Positions 1 through 11,006 are shown, counted from the stretch's first letter. The stretch: 64,000 nucleotides of DNA from an uncultured delta proteobacterium (GCA_963827685.1 CAWHBU010000003.1:768001-832000); one strand, 5' to 3'. Notes: a model not told the origin generated them from the letters alone. A program made the numbers and translations.

Positions 1-1119
1 TAGACCCCATGAACTCAAAGAACCATTTTTTTCTTTTCCAACCAAAGCATAACAATGATCTACGATTTCTTCCGCTGCTCTGGGTTTGCCCAACCGTTGG
101 ATCGCCTCCTCCATCTTGGCACACTCCTCCGGATGGTTGTAAAGGTGGAGGATGGTCCGGGCCATGATGTCTCCTTTTAATTCTTGATCCAAAACCATTC
201 TTGCTGCACCCAGATCGACTAATTTCTTGGCATTGATCAATTGATGATCATGAGCTGCATAAGGATAAGGGATGAGGAGAGCAGCCTTTCCGCAAACCGC
301 CAGCTCAGCCACGGTGCTTGCTCCTGACCTGCAGATGACCAGATCTGACATCTGGTAGTAGGTGGCAAGGTCTTCAATGAAAGGCTTGACCAATGCCTCA
401 AACCCTTTTTCTCGATACTCTTTTGATACAAAATCGAGATCTTCTTTTCCTGTTTGATGAATGATCTTCAAGGTGGATCTTATTCCCCGAAGGTGGTCCA
501 GAGCTTCCATCATCGCTTGATTGATCCGGTGAGACCCTGCACTTCCACCAAAGATGAGGAGGGTAAATCGATCCTTTTGCTTCAGCGTTCCGTTGCCTTT
601 CTGCAGAGTAGCAAAGAATTCTTTCCTGATCGGGTTTCCGGTCACAACGGTCTTTTCTTCAGGGAAGTATTTCTTCGCCTCTCCGAAGGAGACGAAGATC
701 CGTTGGCTGAACCACTTTAGCATGCGATTTGTCATTCCAGGCATCACGTTCTGCTCCTGGATAGCCCTTTTCATTCCGAGAAGAAATGCGGCCAGAAGAG
801 TCGGTCCGGAGGCATATCCTCCCACGCCCAATACGAGTTGGGGTTGAAACTCTTTTAAGATCGAACAAGCTTCGGAAACGGCCATCGGTAAGCTCCAGAT
901 GGCCTTACCCTTCTCCAGCAGGGATTTCCCCTGAATGGGTTTGGCTTTAATGGTTCTCAGAGGAAATTTTCCCCCTGGTAAAACCTTGGATTCGATCCCT
1001 CTTTCCGTTCCAATAAATAGAACTTCATTCTCTTTATCTCTTCCAACGAAGGCCTCCGCAATCGCTATGCCTGGAAAAAGATGACCTCCTGTGCCTCCTC
1101 CGGCAATCACACACCTCAT
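1..1119 (-). CDS. murG: MurG glycosyltransferase (3' end runs off the window; missing from the ORF track)
   Basis: Manual translation from ATG 1119 (ATGA overlap with ftsW stop): MRCVIAGGGTGGHLFPG, GGYASGP, EQN, TGNPIR, FGGSAGS, RSGASTVAEL; no stop before position 1. Confidence 0.97.
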   Translation of the reverse strand, partial: MRCVIAGGGTGGHLFPGIAIAEAFVGRDKENEVLFIGTERGIESKVLPGGKFPLRTIKAKPIQGKSLLEKGKAIWSLPMAVSEACSILKEFQPQLVLGVGGYASGPTLLAAFLLGMKRAIQEQNVMPGMTNRMLKWFSQRIFVSFGEAKKYFPEEKTVVTGNPIRKEFFATLQKGNGTLKQKDRFTLLIFGGSAGSHRINQAMMEALDHLRGIRSTLKIIHQTGKEDLDFVSKEYREKGFEALVKPFIEDLATYYQMSDLVICRSGASTVAELAVCGKAALLIPYPYAAHDHQLINAKKLVDLGAARMVLDQELKGDIMARTILHLYNHPEECAKMEEAIQRLGKPRAAEEIVDHCYALVGKEKNGSLSSWGL

Positions 1120-2216
1120 CGTCGTTCCGCATGGGTCGAAAGGTGAAGGAGTATCCCCACCCCAATTAAATTGACGATCAATGATGTCCCCCCATAACTG
1201 ACGAAAGGGAGAGTCAGCCCTTTTGTGGGAAGAAGTCCTAAAACCACTCCCATATTGATCACGGCTTGAAGGGAGATCATCAGCGTGATCCCCAATGCCA
1301 AATAGGCACCAAACCGATCCTCGAGGGAAAGTCCGATCTGGATCCCTCTGAGGGTAAGAATGAAGAAGAGGAGCACGACGACCATCGCACCCACCAAGCC
1401 TAACTCCTCTCCGATGATAGAAAAGATGAAGTCCGTGTGGGGTGCCGGAAGGAAGAAGAGTTTCTGTCTTCCTTCCCCCAATCCTAATCCGAAGAAACCT
1501 CCGGAGCCAAAGGAGAGGAATGATTGAATAATTTGGAAGCTCGTGCCACTGGGATCTTCCCAAGGCCGGATGAAACTCATCAACCTTTTATGACGATATC
1601 CCACATTCATCAAAAAAGTGTAAGCCACTGGAATGGCAATCGAAAAAGCGCCCACAATATAAATCACCCTGGCGCCGCTGACGAAGAGAAGGAGAAAGAC
1701 CATCGCTGTGAGGAAGAAGGCTGCCCCAAAATCGGGTTCTTTCATCACCAAGGCGATGACGAGACCAGAGAGGAGAACCGGGGGGAGAAATCCAAACGAG
1801 AAACTCCGAATCTTCTCCTCCTTCTTAGCTAAAAGGTAGGCAAGAAAGATAACCAGACCCAGCTTGGCAAACTCCGAGGGTTGAAAGGAGAGAGACTGGA
1901 TTTTCAACCAGCGCATGGCTCCGCCGGACCGGTGCCCGATCCCCGGAATCAACACACCAATCAAGAAAAGAACGGAAAGGACGAGAATGGGATAGGCAAA
2001 CCGCTTCAGATTTTCGTAAGGGAACAACATCGCGAGGATCATCAGAACGAAACCGATGGCGGCATAGAGGGCCTGCCGTCTTAGAAAGTAGTAGGGGTCT
2101 CCAAAACGATCGCCGGCGATGATCGCACTGGTGCTGTAGACCATCACAATCCCAATCGCCACTAAGGCAAGGGCTGCACCCAACAGAATAATGTCAAGCC
2201 TTCTCTTACCCTTCAT
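1116..2216 (-). CDS. ftsW: FtsW SEDS peptidoglycan polymerase
   Basis: Multi-TM protein with QPSEFAK, HTDFIF and LPFVSYGGTS motifs; dcw position. Confidence 0.96.
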   Translation of the reverse strand: MKGKRRLDIILLGAALALVAIGIVMVYSTSAIIAGDRFGDPYYFLRRQALYAAIGFVLMILAMLFPYENLKRFAYPILVLSVLFLIGVLIPGIGHRSGGAMRWLKIQSLSFQPSEFAKLGLVIFLAYLLAKKEEKIRSFSFGFLPPVLLSGLVIALVMKEPDFGAAFFLTAMVFLLLFVSGARVIYIVGAFSIAIPVAYTFLMNVGYRHKRLMSFIRPWEDPSGTSFQIIQSFLSFGSGGFFGLGLGEGRQKLFFLPAPHTDFIFSIIGEELGLVGAMVVVLLFFILTLRGIQIGLSLEDRFGAYLALGITLMISLQAVINMGVVLGLLPTKGLTLPFVSYGGTSLIVNLIGVGILLHLSTHAERR

Positions 2217-2218
2217 AT

Positions 2219-2305
2219 TTTAAGTTCGGAGTTCGGAGTTAGAAGTTTGGAGTTTCGATCTATAACAAGGCTCCGAACTAATTACTCCGAACTATTCACT
2301 CCGCC
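2219..2305. repeat. Inverted heptamer array (AGTTCGG)n ... (CCGAACT)n
   Basis: agttcgg agttcgg agttaga agtttgg, then ctccgaact...ctccgaact...ctccg. Confidence 0.8.
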
Positions 2306-2307
2306 TT

Positions 2308-3651
2308 TCAAAGGCGGTGGACGGCTTCCTTAAATACCTTTCCTCTCTCCTTATAATCTTTGAACATATCGAAACTCGAACAGGCTGGCGAGAGGAGGAC
2401 CACCTCTCCTGCTTTTGCTTTCTGATGGGCGAGAAGCACCGCTTCTTCCATGGTCTTCGCCATGACCGTATCGGTCAGCCCTCCGAGCTTGCGGTTCATT
2501 CTTGCTTTCGCCTCTCCGATCAGGATCAGATGTTTGACCCGTTTCTGAATCAATTCTTCGAGGGGGCTTAAATCCCCGTTCTTGTCTTTCCCTCCTGCAA
2601 TTAAGGTCACGGGTTCTGAAAAACTTTGGAGAGATTTGACCACCGAGCCTACGTTCGTTCCCTTGGAGTCATTATAGAAACGAACCCCTCCAATCTCCCG
2701 GACAAATTCGACACGATGCTCAAGACCTTTAAACCGACTGAGGACGGCCTGGATCGCTTTCTTTGAGCAACCAAAGCTTCTTGCCGTGGCAAGGGCTGCC
2801 ATCATATTTTCCACATTGTGGACCCCTTTCAAGGGGGCCTTGGCTAAGGAATATTCTTCTCCCTTCCCTCCAAGTCTAAGGGAGATCGTCTGGCCATTGA
2901 AAAAAGCGCCTTCGTCAAGCTTTTCATTCAAACTGAAAAAAACTTTTTTCGCTTTCACCTTCTCGTCGAACTGCATCACGATGGGATCATCTCTGTTAAG
3001 AACAGCCAGATCCCCGGAATTCTGATTCGCAAAAATCCTTACCTTTGCCTCGATATACTCACCGTAACTGGGATACCGATCCAGATGATCCTCGGTAATA
3101 TTTAGCAGAACAGAGATTCGCGGCTGAAAATCTTCAATAGCCTCCAACTGGAAACTGGAAATCTCAACGACCAATACTTCCCATCGGCCTCTTCCATTTG
3201 CAAAAAGGATCAATGGCTCTCCGACATTCCCTCCCACCCCGACTTTTCTTCCATCCTCCTTCAGCATCTCACCAATGAGCAGGGTGGTGGTTGTCTTCCC
3301 ATTAGTTCCTGTTACCGCAATGATCGGGGCACGGATAAAATGCCAGGCTAACTCAATTTCACTGATCACCCGAACTCCATGCTGGATGGCTTTCTGGATG
3401 GGATCGATGCTCAGGTCCACACCAGGGCTCACCACAATGATATCCTGTCTGAGAAAGGTCTCTGTCTGATGACCACCCCATTCTGTCGAGAGTTCCATGC
3501 CTTTCAATTCCTGAACAGCCTCCTCCATCTCCCCTTCCGGCTTCACCTCCGTAGTGGTCACCAGAGAACCTTTTGCCTTAAGGAATTTTGCTGTGGCGAT
3601 TCCTGTTCGAGCCATGCCCACCACCAATATCTTCTTGCCGACAAGATCCAT
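2308..3651 (-). CDS. murD: MurD D-glutamate ligase
   Basis: GTNGKTT, EISSFQL, DSKGTN, SPACSSFD; likely start MDLVGKK at 3651 (the ORF-track extension lies in a repeat). Confidence 0.96.
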   Translation of the reverse strand: MDLVGKKILVVGMARTGIATAKFLKAKGSLVTTTEVKPEGEMEEAVQELKGMELSTEWGGHQTETFLRQDIIVVSPGVDLSIDPIQKAIQHGVRVISEIELAWHFIRAPIIAVTGTNGKTTTTLLIGEMLKEDGRKVGVGGNVGEPLILFANGRGRWEVLVVEISSFQLEAIEDFQPRISVLLNITEDHLDRYPSYGEYIEAKVRIFANQNSGDLAVLNRDDPIVMQFDEKVKAKKVFFSLNEKLDEGAFFNGQTISLRLGGKGEEYSLAKAPLKGVHNVENMMAALATARSFGCSKKAIQAVLSRFKGLEHRVEFVREIGGVRFYNDSKGTNVGSVVKSLQSFSEPVTLIAGGKDKNGDLSPLEELIQKRVKHLILIGEAKARMNRKLGGLTDTVMAKTMEEAVLLAHQKAKAGEVVLLSPACSSFDMFKDYKERGKVFKEAVHRL

Positions 3652-3670
3652 AAATATCGTTTTCCGTGTC

Positions 3671-3747
3671 CGTGCCTGCACGCCGTAGTGCAGCGTTTCG
3701 CCTGCCTGCGCGAAGCAGCTTCGGCGAAGGCAGGGTACGCAGGCGTG
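3671..3747. repeat. CACG-bounded palindromic mini-element with nested CCTGCC...GGCAGG unit
   Basis: CGTG at both ends; related copies at 23039, 24443, 27048, 38860. Confidence 0.8.
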
Positions 3748-3794
3748 TCTCGTGTCCGTAAATTCTTAACTCAAAACTCAAAATTCTTAATTCG

Positions 3795-4871
3795 TTACCT
3801 TATCTTCAATGTGCTGATTGCGATCAGCCCAAGAATAATGCCAATGATCCAGAATCGGACAATGATCTTCGGTTCAGCCCAGCCCTTCAATTCAAAATGG
3901 TGGTGAATCGGCGCCATTCTGAAGACCCGTTTCTTGCGAACCTGATAAGAGACGACCTGGATGATAACGGAAAGTGTCTCGATCACAAAAATCCCGCCCA
4001 CAATGACTAAGAGAAACTCCTGTTTTGTGATCACAGCAATCGTTCCCAGGGCTGCCCCAAGGGATAGAGAACCCACATCACCCATAAAGACCTGAGCTGG
4101 ATAGGTGTTGAACCAGAGAAACCCCAGACCGGAACCGACCAGAGCCCCGCATAAGACAGTCAATTCTCCGCTTCCTTTGACAAAAGGAATCTGGAGATAG
4201 CTGGCGAATTTGAAATTTCCCGCAAGATAGCAGAAGAGCATAAAGGTGGCGCTGGCAATGAGAACGGGGCCGATGGCCAACCCATCCAACCCGTCGGTCA
4301 GGTTGACCGCATTGGCCGAACCCACGATGACGAACATACTAAAGAGAATGTACCATTCCCCAAGGTCCGGCGTCACCTTTTTAAAAAACGGAAAGATCAA
4401 CCTGGAATCGTGGTCAATCGTGTTGAACAGGACGAAGCTGACGACAAGTCCTATGGCTATCTGAATAGGAAACTTATATCGAGCCCGAATGCCGATGCCT
4501 TTCTTATCCCTGAGCTTCTTATAGTCATCCCAAAACCCGAGGAGGCCGAACGCCAAGATGGTCAACAGAACAATCCAGACATAGGGATTGGTCAGGTCGG
4601 ACCAGAAAAAGGTTGGGATGAGGATGCCAGCCAGGATGAGGCTTCCTCCCATTGTGGGAGTCCCGTTCTTGACCATGTGTCGGGAGGGAACATCCTTCCT
4701 CACCACCTGTTGGATCTGAAAGGCCCTCAACTTTTTGATCAACCAAGGCCCGATGATGAAACTGATGAGAAGAGCGGTCAGAATCGAATAGATGGTCCGA
4801 AAAGTGATATAACGGAAAACATTAAAGAAGGAAAACAACTCATGAAGAGGATAAAGGAGATGATATAACAT
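3795..4871 (-). CDS. mraY: MraY translocase
   Basis: [34 protein letters not shown]. Confidence 0.98.
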   Translation of the reverse strand: MLYHLLYPLHELFSFFNVFRYITFRTIYSILTALLISFIIGPWLIKKLRAFQIQQVVRKDVPSRHMVKNGTPTMGGSLILAGILIPTFFWSDLTNPYVWIVLLTILAFGLLGFWDDYKKLRDKKGIGIRARYKFPIQIAIGLVVSFVLFNTIDHDSRLIFPFFKKVTPDLGEWYILFSMFVIVGSANAVNLTDGLDGLAIGPVLIASATFMLFCYLAGNFKFASYLQIPFVKGSGELTVLCGALVGSGLGFLWFNTYPAQVFMGDVGSLSLGAALGTIAVITKQEFLLVIVGGIFVIETLSVIIQVVSYQVRKKRVFRMAPIHHHFELKGWAEPKIIVRFWIIGIILGLIAISTLKIR

Positions 4872-4874
4872 TCT

Positions 4875-6275
4875 TTAGGCCCTCCCTCCTGCCAAACCCT
4901 CTACAATCTTCTCCATGGCCATCCCCCTTGAACCCTTGACCAATATCCAGTCCCCGTTCTGGATCGTCTGCCTTAAGAGGGAGATCGTCTCTGAATGATT
5001 CTCCACGATCCTTGCCTTCTCCATCGGAAACCCATGACGAATCGCTGACTCAATGACCACGGGCGCTTTCTCTCCCATGGCGAGAAGGAAGTCGATCGAG
5101 AGTTCGCTCACCTTTTGTCCTATTCGTTGATGGGCTTCCTCTGTAAAATTTCCGAGTTCTAACATATCGCCCAGCACAGCGATGGCCCTTCCCTTTCCTT
5201 TCGCCTCGACCAGGGTCTCCAAGGCAAGCTCCATCGAGGAAGGGTTGGCGTTGTAGGCATCGTTGATCAGGGTTCCTCCTCCTTCGAGAGGAACGATTTC
5301 CATCCTCATGGGGAAGGGTTGGAAATTCTCCAACGCCTCCTTTGCCCGGTTCACCTCCACTCCAAAGAGACACGCTACCGCTATGGCAGAGAGAGCATTC
5401 GGAACGAAATGTCTTCCCAATAACCGAAGAGGAATCTCCATCGCTTCCCCTTCCAAGATCAACGTGAAAGAGGTTCCTCCGGCTCCATGAAGTCGGATCT
5501 CTTTGGCCATGATGTCTGCAGGATGTTTGATCCCAAAGGTAATCTTTTGGCCAGGGTATCGACTCGCCAGATCCACGACCCGGGGATCATCCTGATTCAC
5601 CAATATCGTTCCATCCCTCCTCATCCCCCGGAAGAGCTCTCCCTTCTCCTCTTTTAATCTCTCCAGACTTCCCATGCCTTCGAGATGGACCATTTGGATA
5701 TTGGTAATTAGTCCTACATCGGGCTCTGAAATCTCGGTCAGCCTTCGGATTTCACCCGGCACATTCATCCCCATCTCGAGAACCACCACTCTTTCTTTCT
5801 CGGTGAGCGTAAGGAGGGTAAGAGGAACCCCAATGAGGTTGTTTAAATTCCCTTTGGTCTTGAGAATGGGGAAGTTCGTCTCAAGGCACGCAGCGATCAT
5901 CTCTTTTGTCGTGGTCTTACCGTTGCTCCCGGTCAAGGCCACCATCGGAGTCCCGTATTTGCGCCTCCAATCCCGGGCAATGTCTCCTAAAGCGGAGAGC
6001 GTGTCCTTCACAGTGATCACCGCTCTGGATCGATAACCATTCCACCGAATGTCTCCGACCTTATCCTCTTCGATCAACACTCCTCCTGCCTTTTTCTTAA
6101 GTGCCTCTGCAGCATAATAATGGCCATCAAAGCGAGCCCCCTTCAGGGCGATAAAAAGCTCCCCTTCAGCTACCGTTCTTGAATCCGTGGAGATCCCCTG
6201 AAAGAAGGCATTGCCCTTCCCCTGGAGGAGTTTCCCTCCGGTGGCCTTCAGAACCTCTTCAAGAGTTAGGATCAC
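4875..6275 (-). CDS. murF: MurF ligase
   Basis: TGSNGKTTTKE, NDAYNANP, LGDMLELG, VKGSRG. Confidence 0.97.
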   Translation of the reverse strand: MILTLEEVLKATGGKLLQGKGNAFFQGISTDSRTVAEGELFIALKGARFDGHYYAAEALKKKAGGVLIEEDKVGDIRWNGYRSRAVITVKDTLSALGDIARDWRRKYGTPMVALTGSNGKTTTKEMIAACLETNFPILKTKGNLNNLIGVPLTLLTLTEKERVVVLEMGMNVPGEIRRLTEISEPDVGLITNIQMVHLEGMGSLERLKEEKGELFRGMRRDGTILVNQDDPRVVDLASRYPGQKITFGIKHPADIMAKEIRLHGAGGTSFTLILEGEAMEIPLRLLGRHFVPNALSAIAVACLFGVEVNRAKEALENFQPFPMRMEIVPLEGGGTLINDAYNANPSSMELALETLVEAKGKGRAIAVLGDMLELGNFTEEAHQRIGQKVSELSIDFLLAMGEKAPVVIESAIRHGFPMEKARIVENHSETISLLRQTIQNGDWILVKGSRGMAMEKIVEGLAGGRA

Positions 6276-7801
6276 TTTTCCTCCAAGGCCTTTTGGGCCT
6301 CGATGCGATCATCGAAAGGAAGCCGCTTCTTTCCGATGATCTGATAATCCTCATGGCCTTTTCCGGCGATGAGAACAGTATCTGCAGATTGAGCCAATCG
6401 GATCGCCATCCGAATGGCCTCCCTTCGATCTGGAACTTTTAGATATCCCTTTCTCGATCTCCATAACTTGATTTCATTCGGATCCCACTCTTTCAACGGA
6501 AGCGATCTCAACCCTTTCTCCACCTCATCCAAGATGGCTAAAGGATCTTCTGTCCTTGGATTGTCCGAAGTGACAATAGCGAGATCGCTGTACTTTCCCG
6601 CCACTTCACCCATCAAAGGTCGCTTTGTCCGATCCCTGTCTCCACCACAACCGAAGACAGTGATCATCTTTCCATTGTTCTGCGCTCCGCTCTCTAAGAT
6701 GCTCTTCAATCCCAGCAGAACGTGTTCCAAGGCATCGTGGGTGTGCGCATAGTCAACAATAACGTGAATGCCTCTCTTATTCTCGACCTTCTCAAATCTT
6801 CCCGAAACCCCTTCCAACCCCTCCACCCCTTCTTTTAGGGCCCTTAAAGGAACATCCATGCCTATCCCTACAGCCACAGCCGCCAGGATATTATAGAGGT
6901 TGAAGTCTCCAATCAATTTCGATTGAATCGAAATATCGCCCTTTGGAGTTTTGATCTGACAGGAGAGACCTTCGAAGGAAGAGATCACCCGGTCCGCCGT
7001 GACATCACAGGAAGGGGTCAACCCATAACGGATGACAGGAAGGTCAATTCCCTCAGCCATCTTCTCCCCTCTGGGATCGTCGTGGTTCGTCACAGCAAAC
7101 CGTCTTTCCTTGCGGCTCTTCATCAAATAATCCGAAAAGAGTTTCCTTTTGCTCTCAAAATACTGGTCCAGGGTTTTATGGTAATCGAGATGCTCGGAGG
7201 TCAAATTGGTAAAGACCACGCCATCAAATTGGCACCCGAAAACGCGGTCGAGGTCGAGCCCGTGGGAGGAGACTTCCATGATTACATGAGAGGTTCCTTC
7301 TCTTAACATCTCCCAAAGGATTCTTTGCAGGTCCAAGGACTCCGGCGTGGTGTTGGGAGCGGGAATTGTCTTTTGCCCGAACCGATAATTGATCGTTCCG
7401 ATCACGCCTACGGTGCATCCGGCCTTTTTTAAAATAGACTCTAAGAGATAGGTGGTGGTGGTCTTCCCATTGGTTCCGGTAATGCCGATCAGTCTGACCC
7501 GAGACGATGGATCACCATAAAAGTTTGCGGAAATCTTTGCCAGAGCCTGGCGGCTATTGGGAACGACAATCATGGTCCGGCCGGAGACCTCTTGTTCTTC
7601 TTCCAAGACCACAGCCGCTGCTCCCCTCTCGATCGCCTCTTTAACAAATCGGTGTCCGTCCGCTTCCATCCCTCGAATGGCTGCAAAGAGGAAATCCTTT
7701 CCTGTCTGCTTTGAATGGTAAGCAATCCCCTTGATCTCTTTGCGAGTCTCGCCGGCAATTTTTCTGATCTCAACGCCTTCCAATAATTTCCTCAGTTCCA
7801 T
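6272..7801 (-). CDS. murE: MurE ligase (meso-DAP type)
   Basis: GTNGKTTT, DYAHT, GCGGDRD, DNPR (DAP specificity motif), AGKGHE. Confidence 0.97.
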   Translation of the reverse strand: MELRKLLEGVEIRKIAGETRKEIKGIAYHSKQTGKDFLFAAIRGMEADGHRFVKEAIERGAAAVVLEEEQEVSGRTMIVVPNSRQALAKISANFYGDPSSRVRLIGITGTNGKTTTTYLLESILKKAGCTVGVIGTINYRFGQKTIPAPNTTPESLDLQRILWEMLREGTSHVIMEVSSHGLDLDRVFGCQFDGVVFTNLTSEHLDYHKTLDQYFESKRKLFSDYLMKSRKERRFAVTNHDDPRGEKMAEGIDLPVIRYGLTPSCDVTADRVISSFEGLSCQIKTPKGDISIQSKLIGDFNLYNILAAVAVGIGMDVPLRALKEGVEGLEGVSGRFEKVENKRGIHVIVDYAHTHDALEHVLLGLKSILESGAQNNGKMITVFGCGGDRDRTKRPLMGEVAGKYSDLAIVTSDNPRTEDPLAILDEVEKGLRSLPLKEWDPNEIKLWRSRKGYLKVPDRREAIRMAIRLAQSADTVLIAGKGHEDYQIIGKKRLPFDDRIEAQKALEEK

Positions 7802-7808
7802 ATGGGCA

Positions 7809-9782
7809 CTATGATGCGGATCGAAACTTTATATAACAGATATCTCCTCTCTCAATTACTGTCCCTGGCCTAGGGGCCTGTTCCACTACTTTTCCATTCC
7901 CCGAAACCTTGATGATCAGTCCCCTCCCTTCCATGCGGGTCAAGGCATTCCGCATGGACAATCCGCTAAGGTCCGGCATCACAATCGTCGCGGCTCCCTT
8001 ACCCACCTTGATCCCATCGATCAAGGGTTGGGTTTCCGGCGCCTCTTTTCTGGGAGCGGAATCGAGTTCATTCTTCACAACCATTGTCCCCTTTGGGACC
8101 ACCTGGAGGTAGGGAAGAACATTTTCCATAATCGCCTTAAATATCGGAGCTGCCACCACTCCTCCGTAGTTGCCTCCCTGGGGCTCATCAATGACGACTA
8201 AGAGGACGAGCTTAGGTGCCTCGGCTGGGGCGAATCCCATAAAACCACTGATATAGCGATTTTCAGAGTACCCCCCCAATAAAGAATCTACCTTTTGTGC
8301 CGTTCCCGTTTTCCCGGCCACCTCATATCCTGCGGGCACTGCCCCTTCCCCTGTCCCTCCTTTTTCAGTAGTCGCCTTCAGTAGCATGGTCACCGTTTTA
8401 GCTGTCTCCCCTGAAACGACCTTCCTGATGGTCTCCGGTTGAAAAGATTGGACCGCCTCCCCTTTCTCATTCATGATCTTCTCTACGACATAAGGCTTCA
8501 TCAGGAATCCGCCATTCGCGATGGCTGACAGGGCAGTGATTAATTGAATGCCCGTCACTGAAATTCCCTGACCAAAGGAGATGGTGTCTAAGGCAACCGG
8601 AGGCCAATATCTCGGATGGCGGAGTATTCCTTTTCCCTCTCCCGGAAGATTGATCCCGGTCTTCTCACCAAATCCAAATGCAGAAATATATCGGTAGAAA
8701 CGCTCTTTCCCCATCTTCTCGCCCACCTTCGATGCTCCGATGTTACTCGAGAACTTGATGATCTGCTGAAAGGTGAGCCACCCGCGTTTGGAGGTATCGT
8801 GGATCGTTCGATCATAAACCGCATAGGAACCATTCTCGCAAAAAAAAGAATCGGAGGGCCGAACCACGTGCTCCTCCAAGGCTGCCGCGGCGAGAAAGAC
8901 TTTAAAAAGGGAGCCGGGTTCAAAGACATCCGAGACAGCTCCATTCCTCCAACTCTTGGAGCGGGACTGGATGAACTGGCTTGGATTAAAAGTCGGGTAG
9001 GACGCCATGGCAAGAATCTTTCCGGTCATGGGATCCATGGCAATGGCCATGCCTCCCTTCGCTCCCCACTTTTCAACCCCTCGATCTAACTCCGTCTCGG
9101 TGATATGTTGAATGGGTTTGTCGATGGTTAGGACGATATTCCGGTAATGATCCTCTTTCTCAAAGGGGACCTTGCCCATGGCAATCTCCCTGCCCAAGGC
9201 ATCTCTGGCAGCGGCCCATACCCGGTTGTCTCCGCTGAGCAAGGCATCGTATTGAAATTCGATTCCCTCCAGACCTTTCGAATCAAGGCCTACAAAACCG
9301 ATAAGATGAGCGGCCAGTTGGGAATTGGGATAGAAACGCCGGTTCTCTTTTAAGAAAAAGATCCCGGGGAGCTGAAGCGCTTTGATCTGCTCGGCTTCTT
9401 TCGAGGAGATTTTTCTTTGAACCCACTCAAAGGCTCGATGGCTCTTCAATCTTTGTTTCAATTCCTTCCGATCGATCTGAAGAATCGAGGCAAGCTCACT
9501 GGCTGTCTTTTCGACATCAACGACTTTCCGGGCATCGGCACAAACCGAATCGACTTCGATGCTGACCGCCAGTTCATTTCCGTTGCCATCGTAAACCGTC
9601 CCACGCTTGGGAACGAGGGGGATCTGAACATGTTGCTGTTGGGCGGCCAGCTTATAGAGCTGCTCCTTTTTCAGCACCTGAAGCTGAAACATCCTCCCCA
9701 GTATGAGCACAAAACAGAAGAAGAGGAGACATGAGAGAAAGATGATCCGGATCTTAAACCAATTGATAGGTTTCTGTTTCAT
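7809..9782 (-). CDS. ftsI: FtsI/PBP3 with C-terminal PASTA domain
   Basis: N-terminal TM, EPGSLFK (SxxK), SSN, KTGT; C-terminal MPDLSGLSMRNA...QAPRPG. Confidence 0.95.
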   Translation of the reverse strand: MKQKPINWFKIRIIFLSCLLFFCFVLILGRMFQLQVLKKEQLYKLAAQQQHVQIPLVPKRGTVYDGNGNELAVSIEVDSVCADARKVVDVEKTASELASILQIDRKELKQRLKSHRAFEWVQRKISSKEAEQIKALQLPGIFFLKENRRFYPNSQLAAHLIGFVGLDSKGLEGIEFQYDALLSGDNRVWAAARDALGREIAMGKVPFEKEDHYRNIVLTIDKPIQHITETELDRGVEKWGAKGGMAIAMDPMTGKILAMASYPTFNPSQFIQSRSKSWRNGAVSDVFEPGSLFKVFLAAAALEEHVVRPSDSFFCENGSYAVYDRTIHDTSKRGWLTFQQIIKFSSNIGASKVGEKMGKERFYRYISAFGFGEKTGINLPGEGKGILRHPRYWPPVALDTISFGQGISVTGIQLITALSAIANGGFLMKPYVVEKIMNEKGEAVQSFQPETIRKVVSGETAKTVTMLLKATTEKGGTGEGAVPAGYEVAGKTGTAQKVDSLLGGYSENRYISGFMGFAPAEAPKLVLLVVIDEPQGGNYGGVVAAPIFKAIMENVLPYLQVVPKGTMVVKNELDSAPRKEAPETQPLIDGIKVGKGAATIVMPDLSGLSMRNALTRMEGRGLIIKVSGNGKVVEQAPRPGTVIERGDICYIKFRSAS

Positions 9783-10123
9783 CGGATCACGATCACCTGC
9801 TCAGGTTTGGGCTTGGCCATTCTCAATTCCTCCACGGCAAATTTTTCAATCCGGGCATAGGATTTGAGCGTGGCAATCTCCAACCGCAACTTCTTGTTGG
9901 CTTCGGTGAGCGCCCTTTCCTCCTTCAGGGCATTCGAAATTTCATATCCGAGTTGAATCACCTGAATTCTTGACCAAACATAGAACAAGGACCCCCCGAT
10001 GGAAAAAAGCATAAGGAGGGTGAGAAGGATGAGGAGATTCAATTTTATTCTTTTGGGTCTGGCCTTTGAGTCTTCCCCTGTCCAGAGGATTCGATCTTCA
10101 TTCTTGTTGACAGTCTTTGCCAT
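9779..10123 (-). CDS. ftsL: Cell division protein FtsL
   Basis: Single TM plus coiled coil, between rsmH and ftsI; start approximate. Confidence 0.88.
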   Translation of the reverse strand: MAKTVNKNEDRILWTGEDSKARPKRIKLNLLILLTLLMLFSIGGSLFYVWSRIQVIQLGYEISNALKEERALTEANKKLRLEIATLKSYARIEKFAVEELRMAKPKPEQVIVIR

Positions 10124-10124
10124 G

Positions 10125-11006
10125 TTAAATTCTCTCTGCACACCTCAGCTTGGCGCTGCGAGATCGCGGGTTTCTCCTCTGCTCTTCTTCAGACGGCGTG
10201 ACAGGTTTCTTGGTCAGAACACGGATCTCTCCCCTCTTCTCCAGTGTTCGAAAGGTCTCCTTGACCATCCGATCTTCGAGGGAATGAAAAGAGATGATGC
10301 ACAGCCGGCCTCCTTTTTTCAAGACCTTCCATCCGGTTTCCAGCATTGTTTTTAAATTTTCCAATTCATCATTCACCCTGATACGCAGGGCTTGAAAGGT
10401 TCTGGTGGCAGGGTCAATCCTTCGAGCATGGAATCGTCTCGGAATCGCGCCGTAGACGATCCTTCTTAAGGTCTGGGTCGTCCCGATGGGTTCTCGCTCT
10501 CTCTCCTGAACGATGGCCCTGGCAATTCTCTTTGCCCATCTCTCTTCTCCGTAGTGATACAGAGTATATTCGAGGTCCTCCAATGAAAGGTAATTAACCA
10601 GGTCAGCTGCTGATTCGTTCGTCCGTTCATCCATCCTCATATCCAGAGGACCTTCTCCTCTAAAACTGAATCCCCTTTCTCCTTTATCTAATTGGATGGA
10701 AGAAAGTCCCAAATCGAGCAGAATCCCATCGGCGGACTCAGCCTTCACCAGGTTGGGGAGATGAATAAAATTTTCCCGAAATATTTTGACCCGATCACCA
10801 AAAGACATTAATGTATTTCTTGCTTCAGAGAGGGCGTCTTCATCCCATTCCATCGCGATGACCACGCCATCCGGCGCACTTCGTCTCAAGATTTCTGAAG
10901 CGTGCCCGCCCCCTCCCAAGGTAGCATCCACATAAGTACGACCCGGTTCACATCTCAAGAATGCCATCACCTCTTCAACCAAAACAGGGACGTGTCGAAG
11001 TTCCAT
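10125..11006 (-). CDS. rsmH: 16S rRNA m4C1402 methyltransferase RsmH
   Basis: HVPVL, DATLGGGGH, DLGLSS, ISFHSLEDR, NPRSRSAKLR; likely start MELRH. Confidence 0.97.
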   Translation of the reverse strand: MELRHVPVLVEEVMAFLRCEPGRTYVDATLGGGGHASEILRRSAPDGVVIAMEWDEDALSEARNTLMSFGDRVKIFRENFIHLPNLVKAESADGILLDLGLSSIQLDKGERGFSFRGEGPLDMRMDERTNESAADLVNYLSLEDLEYTLYHYGEERWAKRIARAIVQEREREPIGTTQTLRRIVYGAIPRRFHARRIDPATRTFQALRIRVNDELENLKTMLETGWKVLKKGGRLCIISFHSLEDRMVKETFRTLEKRGEIRVLTKKPVTPSEEEQRRNPRSRSAKLRCAERI

